From positions 104,427 through 168,426 of the IMG/VR virus record IMGVR_UViG_3300042691_012617: DNA of 64,000 nt; one strand, written 5' to 3'. Origin of the DNA: a virus. A program made the translations under genes and the position numbers. The notes under the pieces were generated by a model that worked only from the letters and a program-made list of their open reading frames with translations, made no database searches and was not told where the DNA came from. Below, in pieces: positions 9,133-19,805 of this stretch (positions are counted from its first letter, which is position 1; each line of letters starts with the position of its first letter).

Positions 9133-10566
9133 TTAAGACCAACCCTTTATGGTTGGCTTCTCGCGCCCGTACCCGCCCGTGCGCCTGTGTGCGCCCCCGC
9201 CCCCGTGCGCGTGAGGGGCATCGTCTTCGTCTTGGTCATCGGCACCGTTGCCTTGAATCAACTGCTGTTGCGATTCGTCCACATCAAACAACTTCATCTT
9301 GGCACGGTCGATCCCGATCACGAACTTGCGATTCGTGGCGACATCGTTGTAGCGGTTCTTCAACTGCTTGACCATGACCTGTCCCAACTCGTCCAACTGT
9401 TCCGTGGCGATGAGGGCGAACATGAAGTCTGCGGTGGCGGGTAGACCAAAAGATTCCGATGTGTCAGTCAGTTCCACATCGGTATTGCCGAAGCCCGAAC
9501 GATTGGTCTGTGTTGCGGTGAAGATCGGCACCCCAACCTCCACAGCCAAGCCGCGAAGTTCCTCTGCAATTGCCTTGACATAGGTGTACGAATTGACATT
9601 TCCGTTCGCCTTGAAGCGAGACGATGCACAAATGTTCAGGTAATCGATGAAGATAACATCGGGCTTGAAGTTCTTCTTCAGGCGCAGTTCATCCAACAAG
9701 TGACGGAAGTGATTGGCATTCGCAGATGCCGTGGGGTACTCCTTGATCAGAAGTTTGCCTGTGATGCCCATGGTCACCTTGGCAAGCCGCTTGGCATAGA
9801 TCTCCATTGGCAACTTCTTGAGATCGTCTAATGTGATATCCATAAGGTTAGCATCGATTCGCTCTGCAATCCGCTCCTCTGCCATCTCACAGGTGATGTA
9901 CAGGACATTCTTGCTCTGTGACAAGCAGTTAGCGGCATGGTGGCACATGAACAGGGACTTGCCCACGCCTGTACCCGCGAGGATGACATTCAGAGTCTTG
10001 TCGGGCACACCGCCGTTGGTGATCTTATTGAAGTAGTCTAGGTCGAATGGTGTCTTCTTTTCTACGCGGTGGTAGAAGTCGTACCGCTTCTCGGCATCCT
10101 CAATGAAATCGTGACCGATGTGTTCATCGAACGACACGCTGAGTGCCTTGGTCAGGATCTCGGGGATGGCGTTCTTCGACCGACCCTTCGCCTTCTTCTC
10201 GTCAAGGAGTTCGATGGACTCCATCAGGGCGTTGTAGACCGCCTTGTCCTTGCAGAACTTCTCGGTCTGATCAACAAGCCACTCCTCATCAGGCTCCTCG
10301 GTGCCTTTGTCCATCGTCTCTACCAACTTGACACACTCATCAAACTCACCCTGAGATAGACCGTCCTGTTGATTCAGGATGATCTTCAGGGCTTCGCGGG
10401 TGGGAGCGGTGGAGTACTTTTCGATGAACTCAGACACCGTGTTGAACAGCCGCTTCTCACAGGAGTCGTGAAAGTACTCCTGCTTGAGAAATGGTTGGAC
10501 GCGGCGTGTGAACTCGGGTCTGTGAAGAAGACTGCGTAGGATGATGAGTTCAATCTTGTCGCTCAT
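9133..10566 (-). CDS. gp41: replicative DNA helicase (T4 gp41, DnaB-like)
   Basis: AGTGVGKS Walker A, IFIDYLNIC, AEELRGLA, TATQTNR, TSESFGLPATAD, KQLKNRY. Confidence 0.96.
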   Translation of the reverse strand: MSDKIELIILRSLLHRPEFTRRVQPFLKQEYFHDSCEKRLFNTVSEFIEKYSTAPTREALKIILNQQDGLSQGEFDECVKLVETMDKGTEEPDEEWLVDQTEKFCKDKAVYNALMESIELLDEKKAKGRSKNAIPEILTKALSVSFDEHIGHDFIEDAEKRYDFYHRVEKKTPFDLDYFNKITNGGVPDKTLNVILAGTGVGKSLFMCHHAANCLSQSKNVLYITCEMAEERIAERIDANLMDITLDDLKKLPMEIYAKRLAKVTMGITGKLLIKEYPTASANANHFRHLLDELRLKKNFKPDVIFIDYLNICASSRFKANGNVNSYTYVKAIAEELRGLAVEVGVPIFTATQTNRSGFGNTDVELTDTSESFGLPATADFMFALIATEQLDELGQVMVKQLKNRYNDVATNRKFVIGIDRAKMKLFDVDESQQQLIQGNGADDQDEDDAPHAHGGGGAHRRTGGYGREKPTIKGWS

Positions 10567-10612
10567 ATGTTAATGCAGATCATAACATACCTTCTTCAGA
10601 AGGCAATAGAAA

Positions 10613-11242
10613 TCATTTCTGAAGAACAAAGATTCCACACCCATTCCACCAACCACTTGAATCGTCTGAGCCGTAAAACTCTTGCTTATGAAGCGTTTTA
10701 AGTTTTAGTTCGTTTATGGCACGATATGTTCCATTTTGAACTTTAGACCATGACCAATCATCAACCATGAAGATGAAGGTTTCTGCCATCGAATCGTAGT
10801 AATGTTGAAGTGCGCGGTACTGATTGATCTCTTGATGCTCACCATCGTAGAAGTAAACATCAATATTTGAGATGCCTCTTTCTATTGGATTGAATGAGAA
10901 GCAATCCTGATCGATCAAGTTTGGCTCTCCTCCGATCAATCGCTTCCAATTATCAACAAACTCTTGACGAGGTCCACCAAATTCAGAGAAGTCATCGATA
11001 ACTGTGTAGTTGAGTCTGCTGTGGTTTCCACGGAGGGCTGCAATTGCAGTAGATCCCTTCCACACCCCAATCTCCAAGTAGTTCTTTACGATTTCCTTAG
11101 AAAGCAGTCTGTTTGCAAACCTCTTGTATTTCGCTCCCGAAAATCCCTGAATAGAAAGGATATCGTCAGTTACATTTGACGGCTGCGTGTCATCTAGAGA
11201 CTCTTGTAGGGAAGTAATGAGTTGTTCTACTCTGTTTGTCAT
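10613..11242 (-). CDS. class I SAM-dependent methyltransferase
   Basis: YLEIGVWKGST, YFYDGEH, VDDWSW. Confidence 0.8.
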   Translation of the reverse strand: MTNRVEQLITSLQESLDDTQPSNVTDDILSIQGFSGAKYKRFANRLLSKEIVKNYLEIGVWKGSTAIAALRGNHSRLNYTVIDDFSEFGGPRQEFVDNWKRLIGGEPNLIDQDCFSFNPIERGISNIDVYFYDGEHQEINQYRALQHYYDSMAETFIFMVDDWSWSKVQNGTYRAINELKLKTLHKQEFYGSDDSSGWWNGCGIFVLQK

Positions 11243-12168
11243 TGTGTTGCCTCTGTTGTACGAATGTTCTCACCTAGCCATGCCATGAGTTTTACCTTTG
11301 GTGTCCAATCAAGAAGTTCCCGTGCTTTTGTATTGTTGCAAAGAGTATGTCGGGCTTCACCTTGTCTAGGAGGAAGGAATTTGATCGTACCATCCTCTCC
11401 TGCAATGGTTCTAGCGATATGAATTACAGAATGAGATTGTCCTGTTCCGATGTTGATGATTCCACCATTGAAGAATTTGGTAGAGGTTCCTGCTAGTATG
11501 TTTGCTGACACAATATCGGACACATGTATGTAATCCCGTGTTTGCATCCCATCTCCAACAACTGTAAGAGGCTTACCCTCTTCCTTCTGCCGCTTGAAGA
11601 CAGCGACCACGGGACAGTACTGCCCCTTGTTTGACTGCCCCTCCCCGTACACATTGAAGTATCGAAGACAAACAGTATCCATGAACCGTGGCTCGGCATA
11701 CAGTTTGCACAGTTGCTCACACATCAACTTGCTTGTTGCGTAGATGTTCAGACAATCGACAGGCTCGTTTTCGTCCTGTCCACCGCCATAGCCACCCTTA
11801 CCGCCGTTACCATAAATTGCGGATGTGGAAGAGAAGACAAATCGATTGACTCCACCCTTCTTTGCACAGTCCAAGATATTGAATGTCCCTGTGACATTCG
11901 ATGCAAATGTCTTGGCGGGATCAGCAATGCAACGCTGAATGCTAACCTCCGCTGCCATGTGAAACACAGTATCAACTCCCTCAAAATCCGAAGGGACTAG
12001 GTCATTGATGTCTGAATTGATGTTGATGGCACGATCATTCCACTTGAAAGATTCATGCCCTTCCGAACTTTCGTTGTCCACACAGATGACTGTGTGTCCT
12101 TGTTCGATGAGTGTGTTGACTAGGTGTGAGCCGATGAAGCCCGCACCGCCAGTAACCATGTATTTCAT
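11239..12168 (-). CDS. NAD-dependent sugar epimerase/dehydratase
   Basis: TGGAGFIGSH, YATSK, LRYFNVYG, GDGMQTRDYIHV. Confidence 0.93.
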   Translation of the reverse strand: MKYMVTGGAGFIGSHLVNTLIEQGHTVICVDNESSEGHESFKWNDRAININSDINDLVPSDFEGVDTVFHMAAEVSIQRCIADPAKTFASNVTGTFNILDCAKKGGVNRFVFSSTSAIYGNGGKGGYGGGQDENEPVDCLNIYATSKLMCEQLCKLYAEPRFMDTVCLRYFNVYGEGQSNKGQYCPVVAVFKRQKEEGKPLTVVGDGMQTRDYIHVSDIVSANILAGTSTKFFNGGIINIGTGQSHSVIHIARTIAGEDGTIKFLPPRQGEARHTLCNNTKARELLDWTPKVKLMAWLGENIRTTEATQ

Positions 12169-12178
12169 TGTGCATACC

Positions 12179-13096
12179 TCATGATGTAAATTTCTTCAAT
12201 TGCTTGCTGTGGATATGTAGGCTGAGAATTTTGGCTCTATCTCCCGTTCTGCGATCTACCACGGAGAAATACCGTTTTCCTTGCTTGTCCCGCATCTCCT
12301 CGAATCCCCACTTTTTCGTTGCCAACATTCTTCCAATGTAATGATGACCAAAGATAGTGCCAGGTGGATTTCCATTGTTACATCCACCAAAGAACTGACC
12401 GATGCTGATCGGATCAAAGATGCCTCCGATGAAAGACCAAAACTTTGAGAAGTCGCCTTCGACCCAAACGGGAAGAGTATTCACATACACATCTCCCAAC
12501 TCTCTCTGAACACGCTTCCACAAGTACATGTCATACGCTGCTTGTGGATTGTCCTTCTCGTTCATCATCTCCCAAAACTTGTCATTGATGTCCATCAAAG
12601 ACCTGTAATCCTTGATGTACACCATTCCAAAGATCAGGGCATTTTCATGCTCGGCAGTCATGGCGGTTCTGTTGTACAGACGCTTCACTTTTTCGGCTAC
12701 CTCATCCATATTACAATAGATCATGACATCGTTGTCGAACGAGAATGTGTTCTTCAAGTTGTGCTTTTTCATGACCTCTTCAATATAGAAGGGGCGCATC
12801 AAGCAAGCCTTCCAAAGAGGATCCCGATCTCCTGCCCAATGCCCCGTCGAGTCAACATCATACCTAGGCTTCAGATCAGAGATTTTTTCCCACTTGACAT
12901 TCAGCCGTTCGAAGTTTTCTTTGTTGGAAACATTCTCATCGTCCAAGATAACGACGATATCGCTGTTAGGCGACCACTTTCTCGCTTGCTCTAGAGATGT
13001 CCAAATGTGGTTTTCCCACGGATCGTAGTGGGTGTTCGTCTTGGGATCGTATGACTTGTTTCCCATTTGAAAAATGACAATAGATGATTCTGACAT
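12179..13096 (-). CDS. putative glycosyltransferase-like protein
   Basis: FDNDVMIY DxD motif, LHIHSK terminus; lies within sugar island. Confidence 0.55.
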   Translation of the reverse strand: MSESSIVIFQMGNKSYDPKTNTHYDPWENHIWTSLEQARKWSPNSDIVVILDDENVSNKENFERLNVKWEKISDLKPRYDVDSTGHWAGDRDPLWKACLMRPFYIEEVMKKHNLKNTFSFDNDVMIYCNMDEVAEKVKRLYNRTAMTAEHENALIFGMVYIKDYRSLMDINDKFWEMMNEKDNPQAAYDMYLWKRVQRELGDVYVNTLPVWVEGDFSKFWSFIGGIFDPISIGQFFGGCNNGNPPGTIFGHHYIGRMLATKKWGFEEMRDKQGKRYFSVVDRRTGDRAKILSLHIHSKQLKKFTS

Positions 13097-13108
13097 GATG
13101 ATTACCTT

Positions 13109-13819
13109 TCAGGATGGATTTCTTGTGTGAATGATGCAGGGGTCTACTGGATTGCTGTATTGAGTTATGTCCTTTTCCGAGTAGACAAATGTGTTGTGCT
13201 TCCATGAGAGCAGGCTCATGATGCTTTGGTCGTGTCTGTGATCCTTGAACTCTTCGTAGTTGGGCAACCGCTGTGTGTTGGGCAAGTCTGTGAGAATCCT
13301 AGGATCTTTCGCGTACTCCAACCACTCCTTGACAAAGGACATGCTGCCCTCCGTCTTCTTGCATACGAAGATGCTAGCCATTCGCTGATCTGCTCTTCGC
13401 ATTTCCTCTGTGTCCATGCCCATCAGGACAAAGCAGTCTCGTTTTGTGAACATGCCGTTGGTCCCACACCAACCGAATGTGAGGATGCCCATGCTGCCGA
13501 TGCGATCTTCTATAGCATCTATGTCAAGCCATTTCCATGGATTACTTTGGAAGTACATTCCTGCGTCCGTGTACATGAGCCAATCGTTGGTGTTCATTTG
13601 CTCCAAGTGACGGAGAATCAGGTATGGCTTCCAAAGCCAGTATCCCGCACCTCTTGTCTGAGAAAGCGTATACGCATTCTCTTCTCTGAAGCGATCATCC
13701 AAGTCTTCAAGACCATATCCGATGCTCTTGTCGAATCCACCGTGAGATAGTGCGGTATCGCAACACAGTTTCTGTGATGCTTTGTATCTACCGTGGGCGT
13801 AGTTGATGTGAATTTTCAT
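13109..13819 (-). CDS. putative glycosyltransferase-like protein
   Basis: RGAGYWLWKPY, YTDAG, HRHDQS motifs. Confidence 0.6.
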   Translation of the reverse strand: MKIHINYAHGRYKASQKLCCDTALSHGGFDKSIGYGLEDLDDRFREENAYTLSQTRGAGYWLWKPYLILRHLEQMNTNDWLMYTDAGMYFQSNPWKWLDIDAIEDRIGSMGILTFGWCGTNGMFTKRDCFVLMGMDTEEMRRADQRMASIFVCKKTEGSMSFVKEWLEYAKDPRILTDLPNTQRLPNYEEFKDHRHDQSIMSLLSWKHNTFVYSEKDITQYSNPVDPCIIHTRNPS

Positions 13820-15198
13820 GCAGTTGCAGAAAGATTATTAAAGAACTGATCCACAATCTTGGAGATGTATGAAATCTGTTCCTCTGTGATAACGGGGCTT
13901 GTCCCCAAGAAGAAGGTGTCTTTGGTCACCTTGGTTGCCACGGGGAAGTCATTCTTGGCATCCATATCAACTGCTAGATGCTCATATCCAGGCTGTAGCA
14001 GAATGTTGCCACCGAAATAGTTCCTTGTTTGAATCTTGTTGTCTTCCAAGAACATCGTGAGATCGGTTCTCTTGAAGGGTGCCCCATCTCTGATTGTAAG
14101 TGGAAATGCAAACCAAGCAGGATCGGCCTTTGGTGTGGGGATCGGCAAGTGGAAGTACTGCCCGTACTTGGAGAACACATTCAAGAGCAGGGAGTAGTTT
14201 CGCTTTCTGATGTCGATGATGTTGTCCAACCGATCAAGTTGAACAAGTCCCATCGCTGCTTGCAGATCAAGAGGCTTTAGGTTGTAGCCAATCTCCTCAT
14301 AGACATACTTGTGATCGAAGATCTCATCAGGCATGCTTGGAAGCCAGTTGCTGAACCGCTTCTTGCACATACCGTTCTTAAGACAGGACGCAGCCTTGCC
14401 CGAGCAATAACAGCCTCGCCCCCACTCCCTCAGACTCTTGATCAGCATTTCCTGCTCTTTAGTTCTAGTGGCAATGAAACCACCTTCGCCCATCGTTATG
14501 TGGTGGGCAGGATAGAATGAACAACTAGCCATCTCACCGAACGAGCCTAGCATCTTGCCATCGTAGGTGCTTCCCAAGGCATCGCAGCAGTCCTCAATCA
14601 AGATGAGGTCATACTTTTTCACGATGTCCATCACGGCATCCATGTTGGGAGGATTGCCTAGGACATGTGCAAACATCAATGCCCGTGCCCCGTTCTTGGC
14701 GGCTTCCTCCAACTTGACCACATCCAAATTCAGAGTATCGACTTCAATGTCGATGAATACTGGCGTGAATCCGTTCTGAATGATGGGGTTCACAGTAGTC
14801 GGAAATCCTGCAACAGGGGTGATGATCTTGGACCCCTTCGGAAGATTCCAAATCTTCCGCGATGTGAGAGCAGACACCATCAGGAGGTTTGCGCTAGAAC
14901 CGCTGTTTGTGAGACAGCCGTGATCCTTTCCAAGCCGCTTGGGGAACTTGTTTTCAAACCTAGTACCGTTCTCTCCTAGGCAGAGCCAACCACCCAAGAG
15001 GCATTCAATGACTGCGATGTACTCCTTCTCGTCCATGAACGAGCCTGAATACTGCACCCAATCAGTTCCTTCCTGCCAAGTCTTTTTCTTGGAAGAAACA
15101 ATTTCGGTGACCAGTTTGTTGATCAACTGCTGCTTGTCTTCAAGACGAATGTTTAGTTCCACCACTTGTAGATACCTCTTGCTTGCTTTGGTGTCCAA
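13816..15198 (-). CDS. rfbH: CDP-4-keto-6-deoxyglucose 3-dehydrase RfbH/DdhC (DegT family); start uncertain
   Basis: NSGSSANLL, AGFPTTVNP, IEDCCDALG, SFYPAHHITMGEGG, WGRGCYC, DHKY, GYNLK. Confidence 0.88.
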   Translation of the reverse strand: MDTKASKRYLQVVELNIRLEDKQQLINKLVTEIVSSKKKTWQEGTDWVQYSGSFMDEKEYIAVIECLLGGWLCLGENGTRFENKFPKRLGKDHGCLTNSGSSANLLMVSALTSRKIWNLPKGSKIITPVAGFPTTVNPIIQNGFTPVFIDIEVDTLNLDVVKLEEAAKNGARALMFAHVLGNPPNMDAVMDIVKKYDLILIEDCCDALGSTYDGKMLGSFGEMASCSFYPAHHITMGEGGFIATRTKEQEMLIKSLREWGRGCYCSGKAASCLKNGMCKKRFSNWLPSMPDEIFDHKYVYEEIGYNLKPLDLQAAMGLVQLDRLDNIIDIRKRNYSLLLNVFSKYGQYFHLPIPTPKADPAWFAFPLTIRDGAPFKRTDLTMFLEDNKIQTRNYFGGNILLQPGYEHLAVDMDAKNDFPVATKVTKDTFFLGTSPVITEEQISYISKIVDQFFNNLSATA

Positions 15199-16046
15199 CC
15201 TATGTTGCGAATTTTACTGGTGTTCAGCGAGTAGCGCAAGTCTTGTCCCCACCGATTCGGAACAAATTGTATCTCGTCTCTTGTTTTTCCAAAGACATTC
15301 AAAAGCGTTTCAACCACCTCAAGATTGGTCATGTGGTTGTCTGCACCGATATTGAAGGTATCGTTCTTGACACCGTTCGCAATCAGGGTGTAGATTCCAT
15401 CTGCATTGTCCTTCACATAAATCCAATCTCGCACATAGGAACCGTCTCCGTGGAGAGGAATCTTCTTTCCAGTTTCAAGGCAGCGAATCGACTTGGGGAT
15501 CAACTTTTCATAATATTGCCGCTGACCATAGTTGTTCGAACTGCGGGTAATCAGGTAGTTGATTCCGTAGGTGCGATGATAGGAAAGAACAAGCATTTCC
15601 GCTGCTGCCTTGGACGCGGAATACGGGTTGCTAGGAGTCAGTTTGTCAGACTCGCTGAAAGACCCATTTGGTCTATCTCCATAAACCTCATCTGTGCTGA
15701 TCTGTACAAATAGAGGTCTCTCATGTGGTGGCTTGCCACGGATGATCTCAAGTAGATTGTGAACCCCAATGATGTTGCTTCTGATGAAGGGGTTTGTATC
15801 GTTGATTGAGTTGTCAACATGAGTTTCGGCAGCAAAGTTGACAAGAACATCACAAGAAGGGAGATGCTTTATCTCGCAGATATCTGCCTTGTGGTGCTTG
15901 TAGTTTGGATTGCCATCGAAAGGCAGTTCCTCATTTGAGCAGTAGGTCATGCAGTCGAAATCAACGACCTTATGCCCCTCTGCAAGAGCCTTTTCGACAA
16001 AGTGACTACCAATAAAGCCACGCCCGCCTGTCACAACTAGTTCCAT
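15153..16046 (-). CDS. rfbB: dTDP-glucose 4,6-dehydratase
   Basis: TGGRGFIGS, NFAAETHVD, ISTDEVYG, PYSASKA, NNYG, EKLIP. Confidence 0.9.
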   Translation of the reverse strand: MELVVTGGRGFIGSHFVEKALAEGHKVVDFDCMTYCSNEELPFDGNPNYKHHKADICEIKHLPSCDVLVNFAAETHVDNSINDTNPFIRSNIIGVHNLLEIIRGKPPHERPLFVQISTDEVYGDRPNGSFSESDKLTPSNPYSASKAAAEMLVLSYHRTYGINYLITRSSNNYGQRQYYEKLIPKSIRCLETGKKIPLHGDGSYVRDWIYVKDNADGIYTLIANGVKNDTFNIGADNHMTNLEVVETLLNVFGKTRDEIQFVPNRWGQDLRYSLNTSKIRNIGWTPKQARGIYKWWN

Positions 16047-16063
16047 GATAAACCTTTCAGATG

Positions 16064-16891
16064 TCAAATGCCTAGAATTTTGTCAACCGCTTGCATCGTA
16101 TTTATGGATGGTCTGTATCCATAGGATCGAAGTTTGTCGTTGTTGAGACAAACATCTTTCACCTGTACAACCCGATGAAAATGCGGAGTTTCAATCGACA
16201 CCAACTCCGATGATGAGTTCAGTTTGTCCTTGCTATATCGTATGATGTCGCCAATCTTGCTTGGCTCAGAGTTGCTTATGTTTATGATCTCGCCCACGGG
16301 GGCGCGAGTCACGGATGTGTTGATAGCCCTACATGCATCTTCAACATCCATGAAATCTCTGATGTTGGAACCCCCGTCATAGAGTTTAACTGGCTCGTCT
16401 GCTCTCAAGAGGTTGATCATGTTTTGCAGAGCGTTCTTCTTGGGGGAAACACCCCTATCACCGCTGCCAATGATGTTGGTTAAGCGAAGTATTCGGTACT
16501 TCATCCCCATCGTTTCACAGTAGCAAATCAGCATCTGCTCTGCCGCTCTTTTTGTGATGGAATAGAATCCTCTAGGATCGCAGGGATCAGATTCCTTTGT
16601 GTCTAGAGTGCAGTTCATCCCATATACAAACCAAGAACTCACAAAATTGAAAGTGGCAGTTGGATACTTCTTTCGTGAAGATTCCAACACATCAATCAAC
16701 TTGCTGAGATTGGTGTCGATGTCCTTGTGCGGTTCTGTAAAGATGTGATAGTTGTGAGTCGTACTGATGAAGTACAAAATGCTGTCGGACAGCGGCTCGT
16801 CTTGATCCCGAGGAACCAACACAGTATCACCGCCATACATCTTCGCGTATGTTCCACCAACAAATCCTGTGCCACCATATACAGAGATCAT
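16064..16891 (-). CDS. NAD-dependent epimerase/reductase
   Basis: GGTGFVG, SSWFVYG, YSITK, RDFMDV. Confidence 0.85.
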   Translation of the reverse strand: MISVYGGTGFVGGTYAKMYGGDTVLVPRDQDEPLSDSILYFISTTHNYHIFTEPHKDIDTNLSKLIDVLESSRKKYPTATFNFVSSWFVYGMNCTLDTKESDPCDPRGFYSITKRAAEQMLICYCETMGMKYRILRLTNIIGSGDRGVSPKKNALQNMINLLRADEPVKLYDGGSNIRDFMDVEDACRAINTSVTRAPVGEIINISNSEPSKIGDIIRYSKDKLNSSSELVSIETPHFHRVVQVKDVCLNNDKLRSYGYRPSINTMQAVDKILGI

Positions 16892-16895
16892 GATG

Positions 16896-17780
16896 TTAGG
16901 CCCCAATCTTCATCTGTTCAATCCACCAAGAAGACTTCAACATATTCATATTCCATGTTGTCTTACTGAACTCTTCGTATGTCTTGTTTAGAAGGTCTTC
17001 AGTCACATCTTGGTACGAATTTACGAACAGAATCGGTAGATTTCTCTCTAGCGAGGAGTGAACATGATTCCTCTGAACAATAGGAATCACACCACAATAA
17101 AGAGACTCCCACATTCGATGTGTATCAACTCCATTACCACGCGGGCAAAGCATGAACTTGTGATCAAGAAGTTCTTCTTTGTATGACCCCAATTGACCAC
17201 CCTCTACGGGCTGACGAACAGTAGCCCACGGCTTGTCCGAGAACATTGGATACAGAGGCTCACGAACATCAGGTCGAGTCCATGTACGATGGTTCACATA
17301 AAGAAGACGGTTGCCTTTTGTTTTGGCAGCATCAAGCCCCCTCTTAGCGGTTAGACCCAACACACAGAAGTCATCCGCGATTCCTAGGGGGACACCGTGT
17401 GCCCTACTGCACTCATTATTACATCCCCACCATGTGACTGAAAGTTTTGACTGCATCGCGTCAAAGATAGAGTCGGTGATTGCGTAATCACTTTGTCCCG
17501 TCAGTAGAATGAAAGGAGTGCTACATCTGTTGTTGTTCAGGTACGCAACTAGATGTCGCAAGTAGTCGAACTTACAGTAGACTACGGATTTTGGAGTTAG
17601 GGCAGCAAAGTTAAACAGATTGATATAATCGCCGTGATGATTGCTTCTACGGGCAACTTGCTGTGCTGTTGGGGGAATTCGATATGCGCCATCCAATGCA
17701 GATATGGCAAACCAAAAATCACATTTGGATATTAGGTTTTGAGAACTTAGTACCTCTGTTGGCTCAATTTGCAGATTCAT
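16896..17780 (-). CDS. exostosin-like (GT47-like) glycosyltransferase
   Basis: FMLCPRGNGVDTHRMWESLYCGVIPIV. Confidence 0.7.
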   Translation of the reverse strand: MNLQIEPTEVLSSQNLISKCDFWFAISALDGAYRIPPTAQQVARRSNHHGDYINLFNFAALTPKSVVYCKFDYLRHLVAYLNNNRCSTPFILLTGQSDYAITDSIFDAMQSKLSVTWWGCNNECSRAHGVPLGIADDFCVLGLTAKRGLDAAKTKGNRLLYVNHRTWTRPDVREPLYPMFSDKPWATVRQPVEGGQLGSYKEELLDHKFMLCPRGNGVDTHRMWESLYCGVIPIVQRNHVHSSLERNLPILFVNSYQDVTEDLLNKTYEEFSKTTWNMNMLKSSWWIEQMKIGA

Positions 17781-18568
17781 AGTTCGTGTCGATTCTCCCT
17801 GAACCATGTCTCCCCTGGGTACATGTGAGGAGTTTCCATGCCCGTTCTAGTCTTGAAGGGCGTAGCCATGCAGCCACATGCTTTGTTAGTTCCTGTCGGA
17901 TCCTCTTCCATCTTCATCCCAAACATGAAGTGAGTATTGTAAGCGGTGTACTTACTGTTTGGCTTGGTCTTGGTGTTCTTTCCAGGCAAGCACTTTTCGT
18001 CGCAGTTGTAGAGCAGATTTGGTGTGAGATAGTTTCGCATGTGGCGACCAAAACGATTCTCAAATCGCCACATCCAATCGCCATCCTCCTCACCAAAGCC
18101 AATCAGTCTCTCGTCAAAGTATCCAACTCTTGATGGATCCGTCATGTCCTTTCGATACACACAGAAATGACCCCAATGGTAGTTGATTCGGAAGGACTCG
18201 TCGCTCTGAGTCCGATTTTCAACAAGCATCTTCTCAAAGTCATCGAAGAACCCATCCTTGAAAATGGTGTCATCGCTGAGGATCAGGGTGTAGTCATGGC
18301 TTGTGAAGTTCACGGAGGTGTTCCACATGAAAGAACAACCACGCATAAATGGCGACATCACAAGGTAGGTGTTTGGGAAGTTGGAGGCATAGTTAAGCAT
18401 GCCCCTTCGATAGTCTTCACTAAACGGCTCGTTGTTTTGACCGTTAACAAAGATCACCTTCTCAACGCTCGGTCTCTGACGGTGAAGGTTCGCAAGAAGA
18501 ACCTTGAAGTACGAATCGAATCTATAGACATATGTCTGAACTGCGATGCTGTAAGTTGGTTTTTCCAT
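17777..18568 (-). CDS. GT2-like glycosyltransferase
   Basis: ILSDD, GYFDERLIGFGEEDGD. Confidence 0.7.
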   Translation of the reverse strand: MEKPTYSIAVQTYVYRFDSYFKVLLANLHRQRPSVEKVIFVNGQNNEPFSEDYRRGMLNYASNFPNTYLVMSPFMRGCSFMWNTSVNFTSHDYTLILSDDTIFKDGFFDDFEKMLVENRTQSDESFRINYHWGHFCVYRKDMTDPSRVGYFDERLIGFGEEDGDWMWRFENRFGRHMRNYLTPNLLYNCDEKCLPGKNTKTKPNSKYTAYNTHFMFGMKMEEDPTGTNKACGCMATPFKTRTGMETPHMYPGETWFRENRHEL

Positions 18569-18579
18569 GTTGTAGTCTT

Positions 18580-19227
18580 TCAAATCTTAACTCGTTGAAT
18601 TTGATCGTGTGGGATCGGCTGAAATGGTGCTTGCGAAACAGTCGAAGACCATTGATACTTGCACATCACCTTGTCGATTACCAATTCTGTCTTCGCTTTT
18701 GAGATTGCGTCCATGACAAAGATGGTGTCCTCTTGAGTGTTTGAATCGCCAAAAGGAATGTTTCTTGCAAACGCAGTCTTCCATGCACACCAATGCCAAG
18801 GCGGTCGATTACAAGGAATGGGATTGCCGCGATCATCTGTGGCTAGTTGATCGAAAGGAAACTTACAGTTGTGCTTGAGACTTGTGCGGATAGTCCACGA
18901 CTTGCCATCGATGTTTGCATCTTGGTTATAGCAAATGACATCCACATCCAAATCGTTGATAATAGCCTTCCGCATGGTTTCAACGAAGTCAGGGGTCACA
19001 TCGTCATCATCATCAATGATGCATGTGTACTTGCCTTGAGCGATGTGAAACAGGCACGACCTCTTTCTGCCAATGCTCATGACCCTGTTGTCCATGATAG
19101 TCAGCACTTCAATGTCCTTCTGATCACCGATCTGTGACAGAAGCCTAGCATAAAGAGGCTCCAAATGCATTCGTGTTCTGTTCGGAAGGCTCGGAATACC
19201 GATTGTAAGTTTGATGTTCTTGTTCAT
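18580..19227 (-). CDS. GT2 glycosyltransferase
   Basis: LTIGIPS, SIGRKR, IIDDDDD, QED. Confidence 0.8.
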   Translation of the reverse strand: MNKNIKLTIGIPSLPNRTRMHLEPLYARLLSQIGDQKDIEVLTIMDNRVMSIGRKRSCLFHIAQGKYTCIIDDDDDVTPDFVETMRKAIINDLDVDVICYNQDANIDGKSWTIRTSLKHNCKFPFDQLATDDRGNPIPCNRPPWHWCAWKTAFARNIPFGDSNTQEDTIFVMDAISKAKTELVIDKVMCKYQWSSTVSQAPFQPIPHDQIQRVKI

Positions 19228-19805
19228 CGTGCCACCTGATGGTTGTGCGTCTCTTCGAAAGTCTTGCTGCACTTGTAGTTGTAGATCACTCCCTCAATCC
19301 ACTCCTCTTTCTTGAGGTAATGGCGAATACCCATGCTGAACGAACGGTCCTCCCCGCTGTTCCATGGTGGAAACCCAACCTGTACAGCAATTGCCCTACG
19401 AACAGCATTGAGGTGGTTCGGGGGTCGATAGTACACCTTGCCCTCATGATCATCAATCCATTGAGTATAGCGAAGCGAGTGAATGAACGGTCGGCTATAA
19501 CCATCTGAGAAGACGATCTCGCCCGTGAGGGACGAGCAGTCGGGGTTCTTCGTCAGAGCATTCAGAACCTTTTCGATATAGTCGGGGCTGACCGTGTCAT
19601 CGTCATCAACAAAGGCAACATACTCGCCTGTTGATTGGGTGAGCAGCATGTTGCGCTTCTGCCCGATGCTCATCTGCCTGTTGTCAGACAGGGACAGCAC
19701 TTCGACATTTCGCTTGCCGATCTGATTTGCCAGTTCGGCTTTCAGTTGCTCAAGTTTGGGCTTCCGCTCCTCTAGGCTAGGAATCAGAATAGAAAGTTTA
19801 TGCAT
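19224..19805 (-). CDS. GT2 glycosyltransferase
   Basis: LSILIPS, SIGQKRN, FVDDDD, GED. Confidence 0.82.
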   Translation of the reverse strand: MHKLSILIPSLEERKPKLEQLKAELANQIGKRNVEVLSLSDNRQMSIGQKRNMLLTQSTGEYVAFVDDDDTVSPDYIEKVLNALTKNPDCSSLTGEIVFSDGYSRPFIHSLRYTQWIDDHEGKVYYRPPNHLNAVRRAIAVQVGFPPWNSGEDRSFSMGIRHYLKKEEWIEGVIYNYKCSKTFEETHNHQVAR